64,000 nt of DNA from an uncultured Gemmatimonadota bacterium (GCA_964637695.1 CAZWVF010000001.1:7445-71444), one strand, 5' to 3'; positions 52,356-62,235 are shown, counted from the stretch's first letter. Numbers and translations are program-made. Notes: generated by a model not told the origin, from the letters alone.

Positions 52356-52913
52356 ATGAAGGGTATGAAGTGGCTTCTCTCCAAGCTGATGATCCCGGTA
52401 GCTGCCCTCGGCAGAGACCGCAGACCCGTGGTTCGGATGGGGAATGCTCTCAACGTGGTAAAGCAGGTGCTTCTGGTTCTTCCGCTGGATGAGAACGAAA
52501 GGCAGCAAATGCTGCCCCAGCTCTTCCAGTTCAAATCAGATTTCCCCCAGTGGAATCTGGATCTGCTCTTCATCGGAGGCTCTGTCCCCACCGAAGAAGA
52601 GGAATTCAAGGGGATAGGAATCGTACGGGCTACCACCGAAGATGTCTCCTCCCTGGGATTGCCACGCAAGGATCTTGTCAATGGGCTGAAAGAACGCTCG
52701 TACGATCTTGTGATTGATCTCAGCCTCGACTCCCATCCCTTTGTTCCCTACCTGCTCTGGCGTTCACAGATACCGCTGCGGATGGGTGTGAACGAGTCGG
52801 GACGCATGCGGAGCAGGTCGTACAACCTGACGGTCAGACTGAAGGGACAGGACGAAGTTCTTAGAGGGCTTGCCGGTACGCTGGCTCCTATCTGCAAGGC
52901 TGGAACTGTGTGA
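52356..52913 (+). CDS. Hypothetical protein resembling a stand-alone, degenerate GT9 (heptosyltransferase) N-terminal domain
   Basis: 185-aa ORF with YDLVIDLSLDS and IPLRMG motifs similar to the GT9 N-domain (FDLVIDLQ / RIG). It lacks the LGD motif and the C-terminal domain. Immediately upstream of a full GT9 gene with a GTGA overlap. Confidence 0.4.
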   Translation: MKGMKWLLSKLMIPVAALGRDRRPVVRMGNALNVVKQVLLVLPLDENERQQMLPQLFQFKSDFPQWNLDLLFIGGSVPTEEEEFKGIGIVRATTEDVSSLGLPRKDLVNGLKERSYDLVIDLSLDSHPFVPYLLWRSQIPLRMGVNESGRMRSRSYNLTVRLKGQDEVLRGLAGTLAPICKAGTV

Positions 52914-53938
52914 GCAGACGTTACCTTGTCGTCCGGTTCTCCAGTCTGGGCGATGTTGTTCTGACAGCACCCGTCTTTGAAGTATTGAAGTCCGCTCCCG
53001 ATGACATCCACACCACATTTCTCACCAAAGTGGATTATGCCGACCTCCATCGTCACAATCCTTTTCTCGATGAAGTGAGGGCCTTCGACTCAAAGGCAGA
53101 ATCCCTCATATCACTGATCAGCTGGGTGAAGGCGGGGAAGTTCGACATGATCGTGGATCTGCACCGTTCCATACGGAGCCGGCTGATATCTCTTCGATCC
53201 GGCATTCCAACAGTCAGATACAACCAGCAGCGGTTCAGAAGATTCAAAATGATCGTGCGGCTTCGATCGGGTGCACTGAAGGGTCTGAAGCCGGTAGTCG
53301 ATCGTTACCTGGAAACTCTGCGGTTGGACGGTACCGATGCCTCCAGCTTCGACAATGTACCGAAGTTGTACCTGAACGAGGATGAACTTGAAAGGGGCCA
53401 TCGGTGGCGAAACGATCTGACAGGTGAGAGAGAAGGGCGTCTGATAGCACTTTTACCTGGTGCAATGCATCCATCGAAACAGTGGCCTTCGGTCTATTTC
53501 TCGGAGCTGGCCCGCCTTCTCGCCTGGAGAGGCGATATCCCGGTTATACTGTCCGCACCAGGAGAAGAGGAGCTGTCCGCACTTATCGTGAAAGAAGCCG
53601 GAGGAGAGGGAGTTATCCTGGGCGAAGCGCAGAGTGATCTGATCGATCTGGCCTCGTGTCTCGCTGCCACCAATGCCACAATCGCCAACGATTCGGGCCC
53701 GATGCACGTTGCCGCAGCTGTAGGAACTCCGATTCTGGGGCTTTTCGGTCCGACCAGCCCTGAGCTGGGTTTTGCACCCACCGGATCCTCCGCGGCATGT
53801 ATGCATTTAGGGCATTTCTGCAGTCCCTGCAGCAAACACGGGAACAGGCCGTGCTGGCGTGGAAAAAGGTACTGTATGGACGAGATGGAACCAGAAATGG
53901 TGCTAAATGCGCTGGATGAGCTGATAAACGGGGTGTAA
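52910..53938 (+). CDS. Glycosyltransferase family 9 (LPS heptosyltransferase-like)
   Basis: 342-aa ORF with LVVRFSSLGDVVLTAPV, FDMIVDLH and the C-terminal nucleotide-sugar-binding region (ANDSGPMHVAAAVGTPILGLFGPT). Confidence 0.75.
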   Translation: MSRRYLVVRFSSLGDVVLTAPVFEVLKSAPDDIHTTFLTKVDYADLHRHNPFLDEVRAFDSKAESLISLISWVKAGKFDMIVDLHRSIRSRLISLRSGIPTVRYNQQRFRRFKMIVRLRSGALKGLKPVVDRYLETLRLDGTDASSFDNVPKLYLNEDELERGHRWRNDLTGEREGRLIALLPGAMHPSKQWPSVYFSELARLLAWRGDIPVILSAPGEEELSALIVKEAGGEGVILGEAQSDLIDLASCLAATNATIANDSGPMHVAAAVGTPILGLFGPTSPELGFAPTGSSAACMHLGHFCSPCSKHGNRPCWRGKRYCMDEMEPEMVLNALDELINGV

Positions 53939-54076
53939 TTGAAGAAAGACCTTGATTTATAAGAACTTACACCATATATTAAAAGTTGTTCCAAAATCAA
54001 AAATGCCCGAAAATCCAATGCCATAAGCTTGATTATTTTATGCCTTGTGAACGTATGGCCTGTGGAGGACAGCTGA

Positions 54077-54574
54077 ATGCAGACAATCACCAAAGGGTTC
54101 AAAGTTAACGACAAGATTGTACACACAACCTGGGGTGGTGGATATATACGAAATATCACTACCAAAGAGGTCTCTGAAGAGGCAATAGAGTGTTACGAAA
54201 TCGAACTGCTTCTGAACACTTCACGCGTGTTTGTACCGAAAAGTAACCTGGACGTAGCCGATGTCAGGCTTCCGGGTACCAAGGCCGATAACAAGAGGGC
54301 CGTCGATATCCTCAAGGGCAGGAAAGGGCGCCTGGCAAACGACTGGAAAGCCCGGGTGACATTCCTGAAGAACCGTCTCGAACAGGGAACCCTCAAGGTC
54401 TACGCACAGACTGTCAAGGACCTGCGTCTGGGTTATGTCGATGACACGATCTCATCTACCGAGCGGAAAATCTATACGCGGGCGTACGACCTTCTCGCCA
54501 GCGAGATTGCACTGATCCGCGACTGCGACATTAAAGACGCGCATAAGTATTTAGAAAACCAACTGTCCGACTGA
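54077..54574 (+). CDS. CarD/CdnL-family transcriptional regulator
   Basis: 165-aa ORF with an N-terminal RNAP-interacting Tudor-like motif (FKVNDKIVHTTWGGGYI) like the CarD_CdnL_TRCF domain. Preceded by an AT-rich promoter region. Confidence 0.72.
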   Translation: MQTITKGFKVNDKIVHTTWGGGYIRNITTKEVSEEAIECYEIELLLNTSRVFVPKSNLDVADVRLPGTKADNKRAVDILKGRKGRLANDWKARVTFLKNRLEQGTLKVYAQTVKDLRLGYVDDTISSTERKIYTRAYDLLASEIALIRDCDIKDAHKYLENQLSD

Positions 54575-54609
54575 AGCGGTCAAAAGCGGTTATTTTCAGC
54601 AAGAAAAAA

Positions 54610-55434
54610 TCAGGGGCCACGGCGATAGACTTTTATGTCGTCGAAGTCGGCTCCCTCTTCTGCAAAGCAGAAGAGTCCTACCTTACCGGTAGTCAGGCTG
54701 TTGTCAGTGAAGGTGAAGATTATTGAACCGTTCAGCTTGATTGTGAATTCATCCAGGACCATCGAAACCTCCACCCGGTAGGTGTTCCCATCACGGTAAT
54801 TGTAGGTTGTGGAGGCATCCTCACCCAGAATGGACCAGACACCGTCCACCCGCTTGTCCACTCTGGCTTTGGGCCCGCCTGAATTCTGGTCACTCACAAT
54901 CAGGAACCGGTAGAAATTTCCATCACTGTCAACGGTGGAAGGCTGCCACCTGAAAACAACACCGATACCGTCATCGTCGTGAGGCATCAGTTTCACGTTC
55001 AGAGCGATATTCATCCACTCTGATTCACCGACGACAGCTATTGTGCCTTCATAATTCTCTGCATATGGAAATCCGGATGTAGCCGGGGCGTGCACGTTAG
55101 AAGACTGGCGAAGCATACGGGATTTCACTCTCCATAGTGCCGGTCCATCTATTGTGGCAGTTGTCTGGGTTATTACCGACCATCCCACTGGAATGGCTCC
55201 ATCTGCAGTGTATGTAAAGCTCTCCTCGAAAAGGAGATCCGGGTCCTCTCTCTCAGGACTGGATGATCCGCCCCCACCACATCCTTGAAGGATGATAGTC
55301 CACCCGAAAAGGAGGACTACGGATCGAATATATTTTCCATAACGGAATGATCTGGACAATGGGATCACCTCAATCTGGGCACTATCTGTGCGCCGAGGAC
55401 ATTTGAAGATGAGTTTAAGCGTTCTCTCGAACAT
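54610..55434 (-). CDS. Lipoprotein with DUF1080/LamG-like jelly-roll domain (3-keto-disaccharide-hydrolase-like)
   Basis: 274-aa ORF with a lipobox (LQGC) followed by a Gly/Ser linker and a beta-rich domain that has a W...G.W pattern. Confidence 0.5.
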   Translation of the reverse strand: MFERTLKLIFKCPRRTDSAQIEVIPLSRSFRYGKYIRSVVLLFGWTIILQGCGGGGSSSPEREDPDLLFEESFTYTADGAIPVGWSVITQTTATIDGPALWRVKSRMLRQSSNVHAPATSGFPYAENYEGTIAVVGESEWMNIALNVKLMPHDDDGIGVVFRWQPSTVDSDGNFYRFLIVSDQNSGGPKARVDKRVDGVWSILGEDASTTYNYRDGNTYRVEVSMVLDEFTIKLNGSIIFTFTDNSLTTGKVGLFCFAEEGADFDDIKVYRRGP

Positions 55435-55628
55435 TACACGACATCTTCATTATACGAGTATATCTGACTCAAGTTCGCCGAACAATTGATTCCATGCCAG
55501 GCATGAAAACGTTCTGCCCAACTTTATGAAGAGGTTCTATTCATCAAGTAAACAGCGGATAAACTCCTGACGTTTCCTCAGTAGAGTGTAGGAGGGATTA
55601 AGAAGCGCCAACGACGAAGGCTGACCTC

Positions 55629-55778
55629 ATGAAATCCCTTTCCTACCGTCAAATTATTCCCACAACGACAGCTTTCTTATTGATCCTGGGTGCAACGCCA
55701 ATACTGTCCAGTGCCCAGGCATACGATACGAAGGTTCAGATGACCTTTCAGTTTATCAGTAATCGTTGGAGCCTGTGA
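55629..55778 (+). CDS. Small ORF (49 aa) encoding a signal-peptide-bearing peptide, translationally coupled to the downstream lipoprotein
   Basis: ATG at 55629 with GAAGG 8 nt upstream. Product is MKSLSYRQIIPTTTAFLLILGATPILSSAQA|YDTKVQMTFQFISNRWSL. Its TGA overlaps the downstream ATG (TGATG). Below the ORF-track size cut-off. Confidence 0.35.
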   Translation: MKSLSYRQIIPTTTAFLLILGATPILSSAQAYDTKVQMTFQFISNRWSL

Positions 55779-56221
55779 TGTCCAGACTGGCGGTCGCTGC
55801 GACGGTGACTGCAGCTTTCTTGATGCAGATCACTGGCTGTACTTACAGGTCAGTTACGGTGACATCAGACCAGCTCCGGGAACCCGGGATTGAAGTCATT
55901 AAAAGTATCACTACTACTAATGGTGATACATTGCGTTTTGATGAAATGCCCTATACACACATGGCCCGGGTTCTTGGGGATACGATTTATGCATATGTCG
56001 AGGGTGAGCCCGTTCGTGTTGCGTTGCGCAGCGTAAATGTAATCAGCGTCGAACGGGTTTATCTCATACTTCCGGTTAAAGCGACCGGTGACATACTTAA
56101 AGACTTAGGCACTGCTGCTGTAACTTCAGCCATAAAACTCAAACCGATGGCGAAACAATTGATACCATACTTAATACCGGTGGTGTTCGTGCTCATAGTT
56201 GTGAATATGGAAAAAGGGTAA
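55778..56221 (+). CDS. Hypothetical lipoprotein
   Basis: Signal peptide with lipobox (MSRLAVAATVTAAFLMQITGC) and a hydrophobic C-terminal helix. The track ORF starts 12 nt upstream at 55766. Confidence 0.5.
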   Translation: MSRLAVAATVTAAFLMQITGCTYRSVTVTSDQLREPGIEVIKSITTTNGDTLRFDEMPYTHMARVLGDTIYAYVEGEPVRVALRSVNVISVERVYLILPVKATGDILKDLGTAAVTSAIKLKPMAKQLIPYLIPVVFVLIVVNMEKG

Positions 56222-56274
56222 GATGGCTTGAAATGGTATTACTATATCTACATCTACGCACTTTTGCCGTTTAA

Positions 56275-57330
56275 CTATGTAGTGCTTCCAAGAACCCATA
56301 TACCTTCACCGCCCGGCCTCATGTCGATCCGCGCAATGAGCCCTACACGAGGTGCCCAGTACTCCTTTAAGAGGTAAAAGCGGGTCTGGCGATCTATCAT
56401 TCCGGGTCCAAACCGTATGATTTCCATGCAACGATAGGTGCCGGCTGGTACGGTGATGGATGTGTCTCGTGATTTGACGATCCATCCCCAACTGCTGCTG
56501 GCCCAACCCCATAATTCAGAGGAAAGGTTTGGCACCATCAGGCGCGCACTTCTTTTATTGCCGCTGATTCGAAGCTCGCCCGGAATCGGAATTTTCAGCA
56601 TGGTCGTTAATTCTGCCTGGCATCTGTACCTGAACACAATATGGTCGAGAGGATAATTAACGACACTCCTGGTCAAGTCAATGAGTCCACCGACTGAGTT
56701 AGCAAGATAACAGGGTGTATAATTCCATCCCAGGGAACCCCCGACAGGTTCGATCAAATAAACAGGACCAATGGTTCGAACCGTCGGGTGTCTTATTTTT
56801 CCCAATCCTGGAATTTTCTTAGGTACGATACATCGGTAACCCCTTCTGGTGGGTTTTCGTACTTTTGCCCATAAGTCTGCATACGTTATCATTCCACCAT
56901 CACTTATGATTGAAGCATTTCCTCTTACCCACCAATAGATATCAGTAACCACATTTCTGTTCTGTGATCTAATTGTCATATAATGTGGCTCGACTTCGAT
57001 GTGAGAGATGGTGGAATCTCTCCACATCTTTGATAGATCCCCGTAGTCCTTTATCGGTTCAAGCAGGAACTTGCGGCCTGGTTCATACAGCTCCTGTGTG
57101 ACCTCCAGAATAATGTTATCGAGGAATCTGGTTCCCGGTTGCCATGGCCAGCTCTCGATCTGCACGTACTCCCACTTTTTGCCTATCCGCATATCAATGA
57201 AGTATGGAATAGTTTCTTCAGGATATGTCCGTGATGCAGGCCTTGCACATGCAGTAATAGTAACCCAAACCGTTGTCAGAAAAAATGGAAGGGAAGATAT
57301 GAAGCGTAAATTGGCCCTTATTACTCTCAT
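56275..57330 (-). CDS. Hypothetical lipoprotein
   Basis: Lipoprotein signal (MRVIRANLRFISSLPFFLTTVWVTITAC) at the internal start 57330. The track ORF extends to 57444. Low-GC gene. Confidence 0.5.
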   Translation of the reverse strand: MRVIRANLRFISSLPFFLTTVWVTITACARPASRTYPEETIPYFIDMRIGKKWEYVQIESWPWQPGTRFLDNIILEVTQELYEPGRKFLLEPIKDYGDLSKMWRDSTISHIEVEPHYMTIRSQNRNVVTDIYWWVRGNASIISDGGMITYADLWAKVRKPTRRGYRCIVPKKIPGLGKIRHPTVRTIGPVYLIEPVGGSLGWNYTPCYLANSVGGLIDLTRSVVNYPLDHIVFRYRCQAELTTMLKIPIPGELRISGNKRSARLMVPNLSSELWGWASSSWGWIVKSRDTSITVPAGTYRCMEIIRFGPGMIDRQTRFYLLKEYWAPRVGLIARIDMRPGGEGIWVLGSTT

Positions 57331-57537
57331 ATTATCAACTTTGAATAAGCAGGCCCTCTCAGATTGATCTGGGCTGCAAAGGTCATGCCGAAAATCAGAT
57401 CTGAACCGGTCTCGGTCGAAAATCACCATAACTTGTAATACCATAATGACTTACGTGGCTAACGCAGAAGACACATATATGCATTAATTCGTGAGGAATA
57501 CCATTATTGTTTCAAGTGTGCCTGAATTGAGACACGT

Positions 57538-57684
57538 ATGTGTCCCTTGAAAAGTACAGGTCGGGGAGTTACCATCCAGATTAATGGCAAGATGCTCCTT
57601 CAGACAACAGATCCAGAGACAGGCGAGTATATACTGATGGTCTACCGCATAATCCCGGCAGTGGAAGGATTGGAGTATCCATAA
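57538..57684 (+). CDS. Small ORF (48 aa), possible gene remnant
   Basis: ATG...TAA open frame in a 600-bp low-GC spacer. Product is MCPLKSTGRGVTIQINGKMLLQTTDPETGEYILMVYRIIPAVEGLEYP. No confident homology. Confidence 0.2.
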   Translation: MCPLKSTGRGVTIQINGKMLLQTTDPETGEYILMVYRIIPAVEGLEYP

Positions 57685-57751
57685 GGAGGAATTCTATTAA
57701 GCAAAGACGAGTTGACCAAAAGGTACCGGAACAAGAAAAGCGAGGATTGTC

Positions 57752-57907
57752 ATGACTGAGACCTGGAAACTTCGAGAGGGTAAAGTGCTGGTGGTTGAGG
57801 ATGCTGACTCTGCATCACTTGTAGTTATAGCTCGCGATCTGGAGAGTAAAAGAGAGAAAGCAGCCGTATTGAAGGAAGTCGTTCAACAGCTGGAAATTCA
57901 GGAATAA
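57752..57907 (+). CDS. Small ORF (51 aa) with response-regulator-receiver-like N-terminus; possible remnant
   Basis: GAGGA Shine-Dalgarno 7 nt upstream. Product is MTETWKLREGKVLVVEDADSASLVVIARDLE.... The KVLVVED segment resembles the start of a receiver domain. Confidence 0.25.
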   Translation: MTETWKLREGKVLVVEDADSASLVVIARDLESKREKAAVLKEVVQQLEIQE

Positions 57908-58049
57908 AGAACGACAGCAAATCAATTAATCCCTATAGCCGGCGCAAATTATACAACAGGGAAAAAGGATTGAAGTACCCTTGACCACAATTAATGCGCT
58001 TGAACGATTTGTGGTTATGAATCTGAGAATTCCTTGAATCAGAGGATAC

Positions 58050-59276
58050 TCAATAATCGGATTTATCCGTTACTATTGCATACAAATCCAATTCCGCAAG
58101 CTCTCCCCAGGCAGATCGCAGAACCAGAACGTAACCATGCGAAACAGCGATTATTCCACCGGGGCCTTCAACGTCCTCAGACATCTGACCATCCGGGAAT
58201 AATGCTGCATATCGACCTGGATGATCCAGCCACATAGGAGCCTTTTCAAAGGGTAAACGATCTATAAGTAACCCGTTGCTATCGATCCACCACATGCGCT
58301 GGATTGGAGCGATATCATTCCTGCATTCCCTGAGTGCCTTTTCCAGAGGTTCAACTGCTTCACGATTGGGTGGGTATGCTGACTGTCTTAATTCGTCGGT
58401 AACTGATTGGATATACGCATCGTAAAAGGTGTCCGGTAGCGCAGAAGGTGACAGGCTCAAAGATATCTCTTTAACAAGCACTCCTGTATTGTCCACCTGG
58501 AGGAGTGATGAGTAGTCGGGTAAAATAATCCATGCAGATCCGTCCATATCCGTCGACCATCTTACCTCCCGTGCTGCTGGATTGACAGCCTGCATCCGGG
58601 ATCCTGGTCGACTGGGAACAGATACGTGGATAAAAGGGTCAACATCCGTAAAATCATGCTCCCAGATGTTTGCTCCGGATTCATCGACTAGCTGGATCCG
58701 CCTTGTCCAAGGCTCACCGGGTGAACTCCGGCGTACTATTGAAGCCAGCCAGTAAGTGTCATTACCCGCCAGAGCAAAACGTGGTTGGGATTCCTGTTCG
58801 TTGTCATTGAGGTTGAAACTGAAGGAATTGACAAAGCTACCATCGGGATTTAGGTGAGAGATTCTCCTGGACAGGTAATCGTAAATCAGAAGGCTTCCAT
58901 CGTGAGCGGCAGATATGAAGTGAATGGCCTGGAACTCACCCGGTCCTTGCCCCGCACGTTCCAGATTATTCACCCAATGTCCCTCAGAATCGAAGACATG
59001 AATGACCGGCCTGCGATCGCTTACCAGATAGATGAATCCCCTGCCATCGACAGCAGCGGCATGGAATCCACCGACCTCCGCTTCTGGAAGATCAGTCTGT
59101 AGTTCAGCTAGTTTCACGAATCTCCACGGAAATACTGACAGCCCCTGGGGCCTGACATCTGTCGATACTGTGGGTTTTATCAGCATGACCGGAAGAATCA
59201 AAGCGATCAGAAAGACAGGAGAGAATAGTTTTGTGCGACTAATCCTCAATAGGTCATGCATGATATCCGAATCCAT
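58050..59276 (-). CDS. NHL-repeat / 6-bladed beta-propeller family protein (paralog 1)
   Basis: 408-aa ORF with a signal peptide and the family motif GQGPGEFQAIHFISAAHDGSLLIYD. Paralogous to the four downstream genes. Confidence 0.65.
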   Translation of the reverse strand: MDSDIMHDLLRISRTKLFSPVFLIALILPVMLIKPTVSTDVRPQGLSVFPWRFVKLAELQTDLPEAEVGGFHAAAVDGRGFIYLVSDRRPVIHVFDSEGHWVNNLERAGQGPGEFQAIHFISAAHDGSLLIYDYLSRRISHLNPDGSFVNSFSFNLNDNEQESQPRFALAGNDTYWLASIVRRSSPGEPWTRRIQLVDESGANIWEHDFTDVDPFIHVSVPSRPGSRMQAVNPAAREVRWSTDMDGSAWIILPDYSSLLQVDNTGVLVKEISLSLSPSALPDTFYDAYIQSVTDELRQSAYPPNREAVEPLEKALRECRNDIAPIQRMWWIDSNGLLIDRLPFEKAPMWLDHPGRYAALFPDGQMSEDVEGPGGIIAVSHGYVLVLRSAWGELAELDLYAIVTDKSDY

Positions 59277-59395
59277 GATTTTAGATCAGGTGTATTTATT
59301 CAGTAATAGGACGATTAACTGTAAGAATCATTAATTATCATTCATTTACGAAGATGAGTTCAGTTCCCTGTATTCAGCAGAAAGAGGGACAATAA

Positions 59396-59587
59396 TCATT
59401 AGCTTATATAGATTCTCCGTTGGTTCAGGTGGATGTATTCACCCCTGACGGAAAGTATGTCAGGGCTTTCCTGGCTGATGAACGTCTCAAGGACATGGAA
59501 ATCGGTGCAGATTACCTATATAAATCAGATACAACAGAGAATGGATCTCCAGTTCTGATCAGGTGCAGTTACTATATCGAGCCTTAA
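59396..59587 (+). pseudogene. Start-less C-terminal fragment of an NHL/beta-propeller paralog
   Basis: Open frame SLAYIDSPLVQVDVFTPDGKYVRAFLADERLKDMEIGADYLYKSDTTENGSPVLIRCSYYIEP* with no start codon. It aligns with the C-terminal region of paralog 3 (ATVFDVFERNGSFKGKV). Ends 17 nt before the next paralog. Confidence 0.5.
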
Positions 59588-59603
59588 TCCAGGAGTTTCC
59601 TCC

Positions 59604-60752
59604 ATGCGCCAGACCGCTCAATACCTGGCCAGTCTGATTTTATTGATATCCGCCTGCAGTCGTGACTCAGATACCGTCCTGTATCTGCAGGAGGATAGCA
59701 CACCATTGATTCGCAGTCTCTCCCCAAAGATTACCGGGAATCCGTTCAGGTTGATAAAAGAAGTGGAGTTCGGGGATGTATCCCATGGGGAGGAGGGCAG
59801 ACTTTTTCAGCCTGCCGGTGTGGTTGAGGTGCCGGGAGGGATAGCGGTCCTGGATACTGATTCAAATACTGTGAAAGTCTATGAGAATGACGGGACACTA
59901 CGTCTGACTGTTGGTGGCAAAGGACAGGGGCCTGGAGAATTTGATGCTCCGCGTTTTGCATCATGTCTTTCTTACGACAACCGCATTTTCATCACGGATA
60001 TGTTCAATTTGCGATTTACCTGGATCGATCCGCTGACCGGCACATTTGAATCACGGGCTCAGAGTATTACCTGGAGCGCCGCCAATGTGGCTGAAGACCA
60101 GTTCGTAGTTATCCACCCCCGACTTGAAGGAGATAGGCAGATCGAGTGGCTGGAACTGGTGGACGGGGAACTGGAAACCGTAACCGCAATAACCATGGTG
60201 AAACCTGGTCGCGTCATCATGCTGCCAGGTTCTTCAGGCAATCCAATCGCAGTCGACCAGCCTATGTGGCCGCCGTTTGGGTGGTGGGTTCAATCGGGAC
60301 TGATCGCCACCTGCCAGGGTGACGCCTTCCGGATCGAAGTATTTGACTATGAGGGACAACCCACTCGGATCGTTGAATGGATGGCTCCGCGATTACCTGT
60401 TACCGATGCTGTCTGGGATTCCATCGAGGTGTTCATACGCCAGAGATATCAGGACGATTGGGCAACTGTCATGCATAGAATGGAGCGCCCCAAGAAGATT
60501 GCTGCTGTTGAGAACCTGCGGATTGACGGTCGTGGCAGGATCTGGGTGCTGCGGGATGACGGTCCAACCTATGCGACTCATATCGAGTATGAGTATTTGT
60601 ACTGGGATATCATCGATACCGACGGATCCTGGCTGGGCACCCAGACCTTCACTGACGTGCCCTGGTATTTCGGAACCGATGTCTGCTATGTGATAGAGCA
60701 GAGAGAACAGGGGGCAGTAGTGGTTCGGTATAGATTAACCGAGCCTCTCTGA
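59604..60752 (+). CDS. NHL-repeat / 6-bladed beta-propeller lipoprotein (paralog 2)
   Basis: Lipobox LISAC, motif GKGQGPGEFDAPRF, and AGGAG upstream of the ATG. Confidence 0.7.
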   Translation: MRQTAQYLASLILLISACSRDSDTVLYLQEDSTPLIRSLSPKITGNPFRLIKEVEFGDVSHGEEGRLFQPAGVVEVPGGIAVLDTDSNTVKVYENDGTLRLTVGGKGQGPGEFDAPRFASCLSYDNRIFITDMFNLRFTWIDPLTGTFESRAQSITWSAANVAEDQFVVIHPRLEGDRQIEWLELVDGELETVTAITMVKPGRVIMLPGSSGNPIAVDQPMWPPFGWWVQSGLIATCQGDAFRIEVFDYEGQPTRIVEWMAPRLPVTDAVWDSIEVFIRQRYQDDWATVMHRMERPKKIAAVENLRIDGRGRIWVLRDDGPTYATHIEYEYLYWDIIDTDGSWLGTQTFTDVPWYFGTDVCYVIEQREQGAVVVRYRLTEPL

Positions 60753-61113
60753 AACAGGGCATTGATTACAAAGCAGCCTGGATGGATAGAACCTGTTTCA
60801 TCAGGAACAATCAAGCCGTCATGCACAGGAGATACTCAGGATTGCCTTCCCTGAAGAATTGGACGCGAACCGGTTTGTCATTCAGATTACTGTCAATGAT
60901 TTAATCACTAGCAAGAGGACTGAGAGAACGACTCAGTTGTCAATTGGAAGAGGGTGTGGATTTTCTCAAACGCTATCGGATGGTGCTTCCATGACGCAGT
61001 TTCTTCATTCAGGGCTGAGTGAGGAAGACACTAGTTGAGTATTACATAAACTGATAACTATTACGATCGTCCTGCGTATTAGTACTTCCCCGTGGGCGAT
61101 AAGGTGGATTCAT

Positions 61114-62235
61114 ATGATTCGATCCTTCTCCTACCTGCTTATGATCCTGGCGCCGGGATTTTTTTCTACCTCCGGTTGCAGTTCTGACAACGGAACTGTG
61201 ATTACTTGGGATATTTCTGAACAACTCCGCATCGGCAGTCAAATGGGTGGTGGACCTGACATGTTCGGAGAGATCGGCGCGCTGACTGTCGGTCCGAATG
61301 ATCTGGTGTATGTTTACGACAACAGTTCACATGAGATCCGCGTATTCGATCGCAACGGTAGGTTCGTCAACAGTTTCGGTGGTCGTGGCGCGGGCCCGGG
61401 GGAATTCGCATCAGTCTGGGTCATGCTTTGGGGTCCAGAGGATAATCTCTGGACTGTGGATATCGGTAATCAGAGGTACTCAATCTTCGATTCTACAGGT
61501 GTTCTGATTAAAGACCTGAGATCGCCCATAACATCGCGTGATGCATCTGTCGCAGGATTTGATCGATCGGGGAATTTCTATGATCAGTCAGCATACATAG
61601 GTCCCGATAATATATACAGGCGGGAACTGGTCCGGATGACTCGGGATGGAGAACAGACTGGAAAGGTCATTTTACCTGATTTTACAAGACAGGCACTCCA
61701 GCTTGGCTCGATGAGGTTGCCACTTCCTTTTTCTCGTGAACAGGTTCTTTGTTTCGATCCTGAGGGATACATCTGGTATGGGAATAATGACCGTTATGAG
61801 ATTTTCAGGATGGATCTGGATGGTGAAAGGATACCGATTATCACCGGCAGTACCGTAAATCTGCCGTTGTCATCAACCGAACGCGATTCGGTGTTTGCGT
61901 ATGTGGATCGCCTGAAAGCACAATTTCGGATGGCGAGCATTCCGGGAGATATCATACCCCAGGTTAAACCTATCTTCGATGGCATCTATCTGAACCAGGC
62001 AACTGGGGACATCTGGATAAAGCTGATCAACTATGAGGGCAGGGCTACCGTTTTCGATGTCTTTGAAAGGAATGGCAGTTTCAAGGGCAAAGTGCGATAC
62101 GAAACCTTAATTTTTACAGATCCCGCTCCGGTGATTCTTGGAGAAGAGATCTGGTTCATAACCGAAGACGAAATGGGCGTCCAGTATGTCGTAAGAGGAG
62201 TACTGATAAAGATGAAAAAAAACAATAGTAACTGA
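61114..62235 (+). CDS. NHL-repeat / 6-bladed beta-propeller lipoprotein (paralog 3)
   Basis: Lipobox STSGC and motif GGRGAGPGEFASVW. Confidence 0.7.
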   Translation: MIRSFSYLLMILAPGFFSTSGCSSDNGTVITWDISEQLRIGSQMGGGPDMFGEIGALTVGPNDLVYVYDNSSHEIRVFDRNGRFVNSFGGRGAGPGEFASVWVMLWGPEDNLWTVDIGNQRYSIFDSTGVLIKDLRSPITSRDASVAGFDRSGNFYDQSAYIGPDNIYRRELVRMTRDGEQTGKVILPDFTRQALQLGSMRLPLPFSREQVLCFDPEGYIWYGNNDRYEIFRMDLDGERIPIITGSTVNLPLSSTERDSVFAYVDRLKAQFRMASIPGDIIPQVKPIFDGIYLNQATGDIWIKLINYEGRATVFDVFERNGSFKGKVRYETLIFTDPAPVILGEEIWFITEDEMGVQYVVRGVLIKMKKNNSN

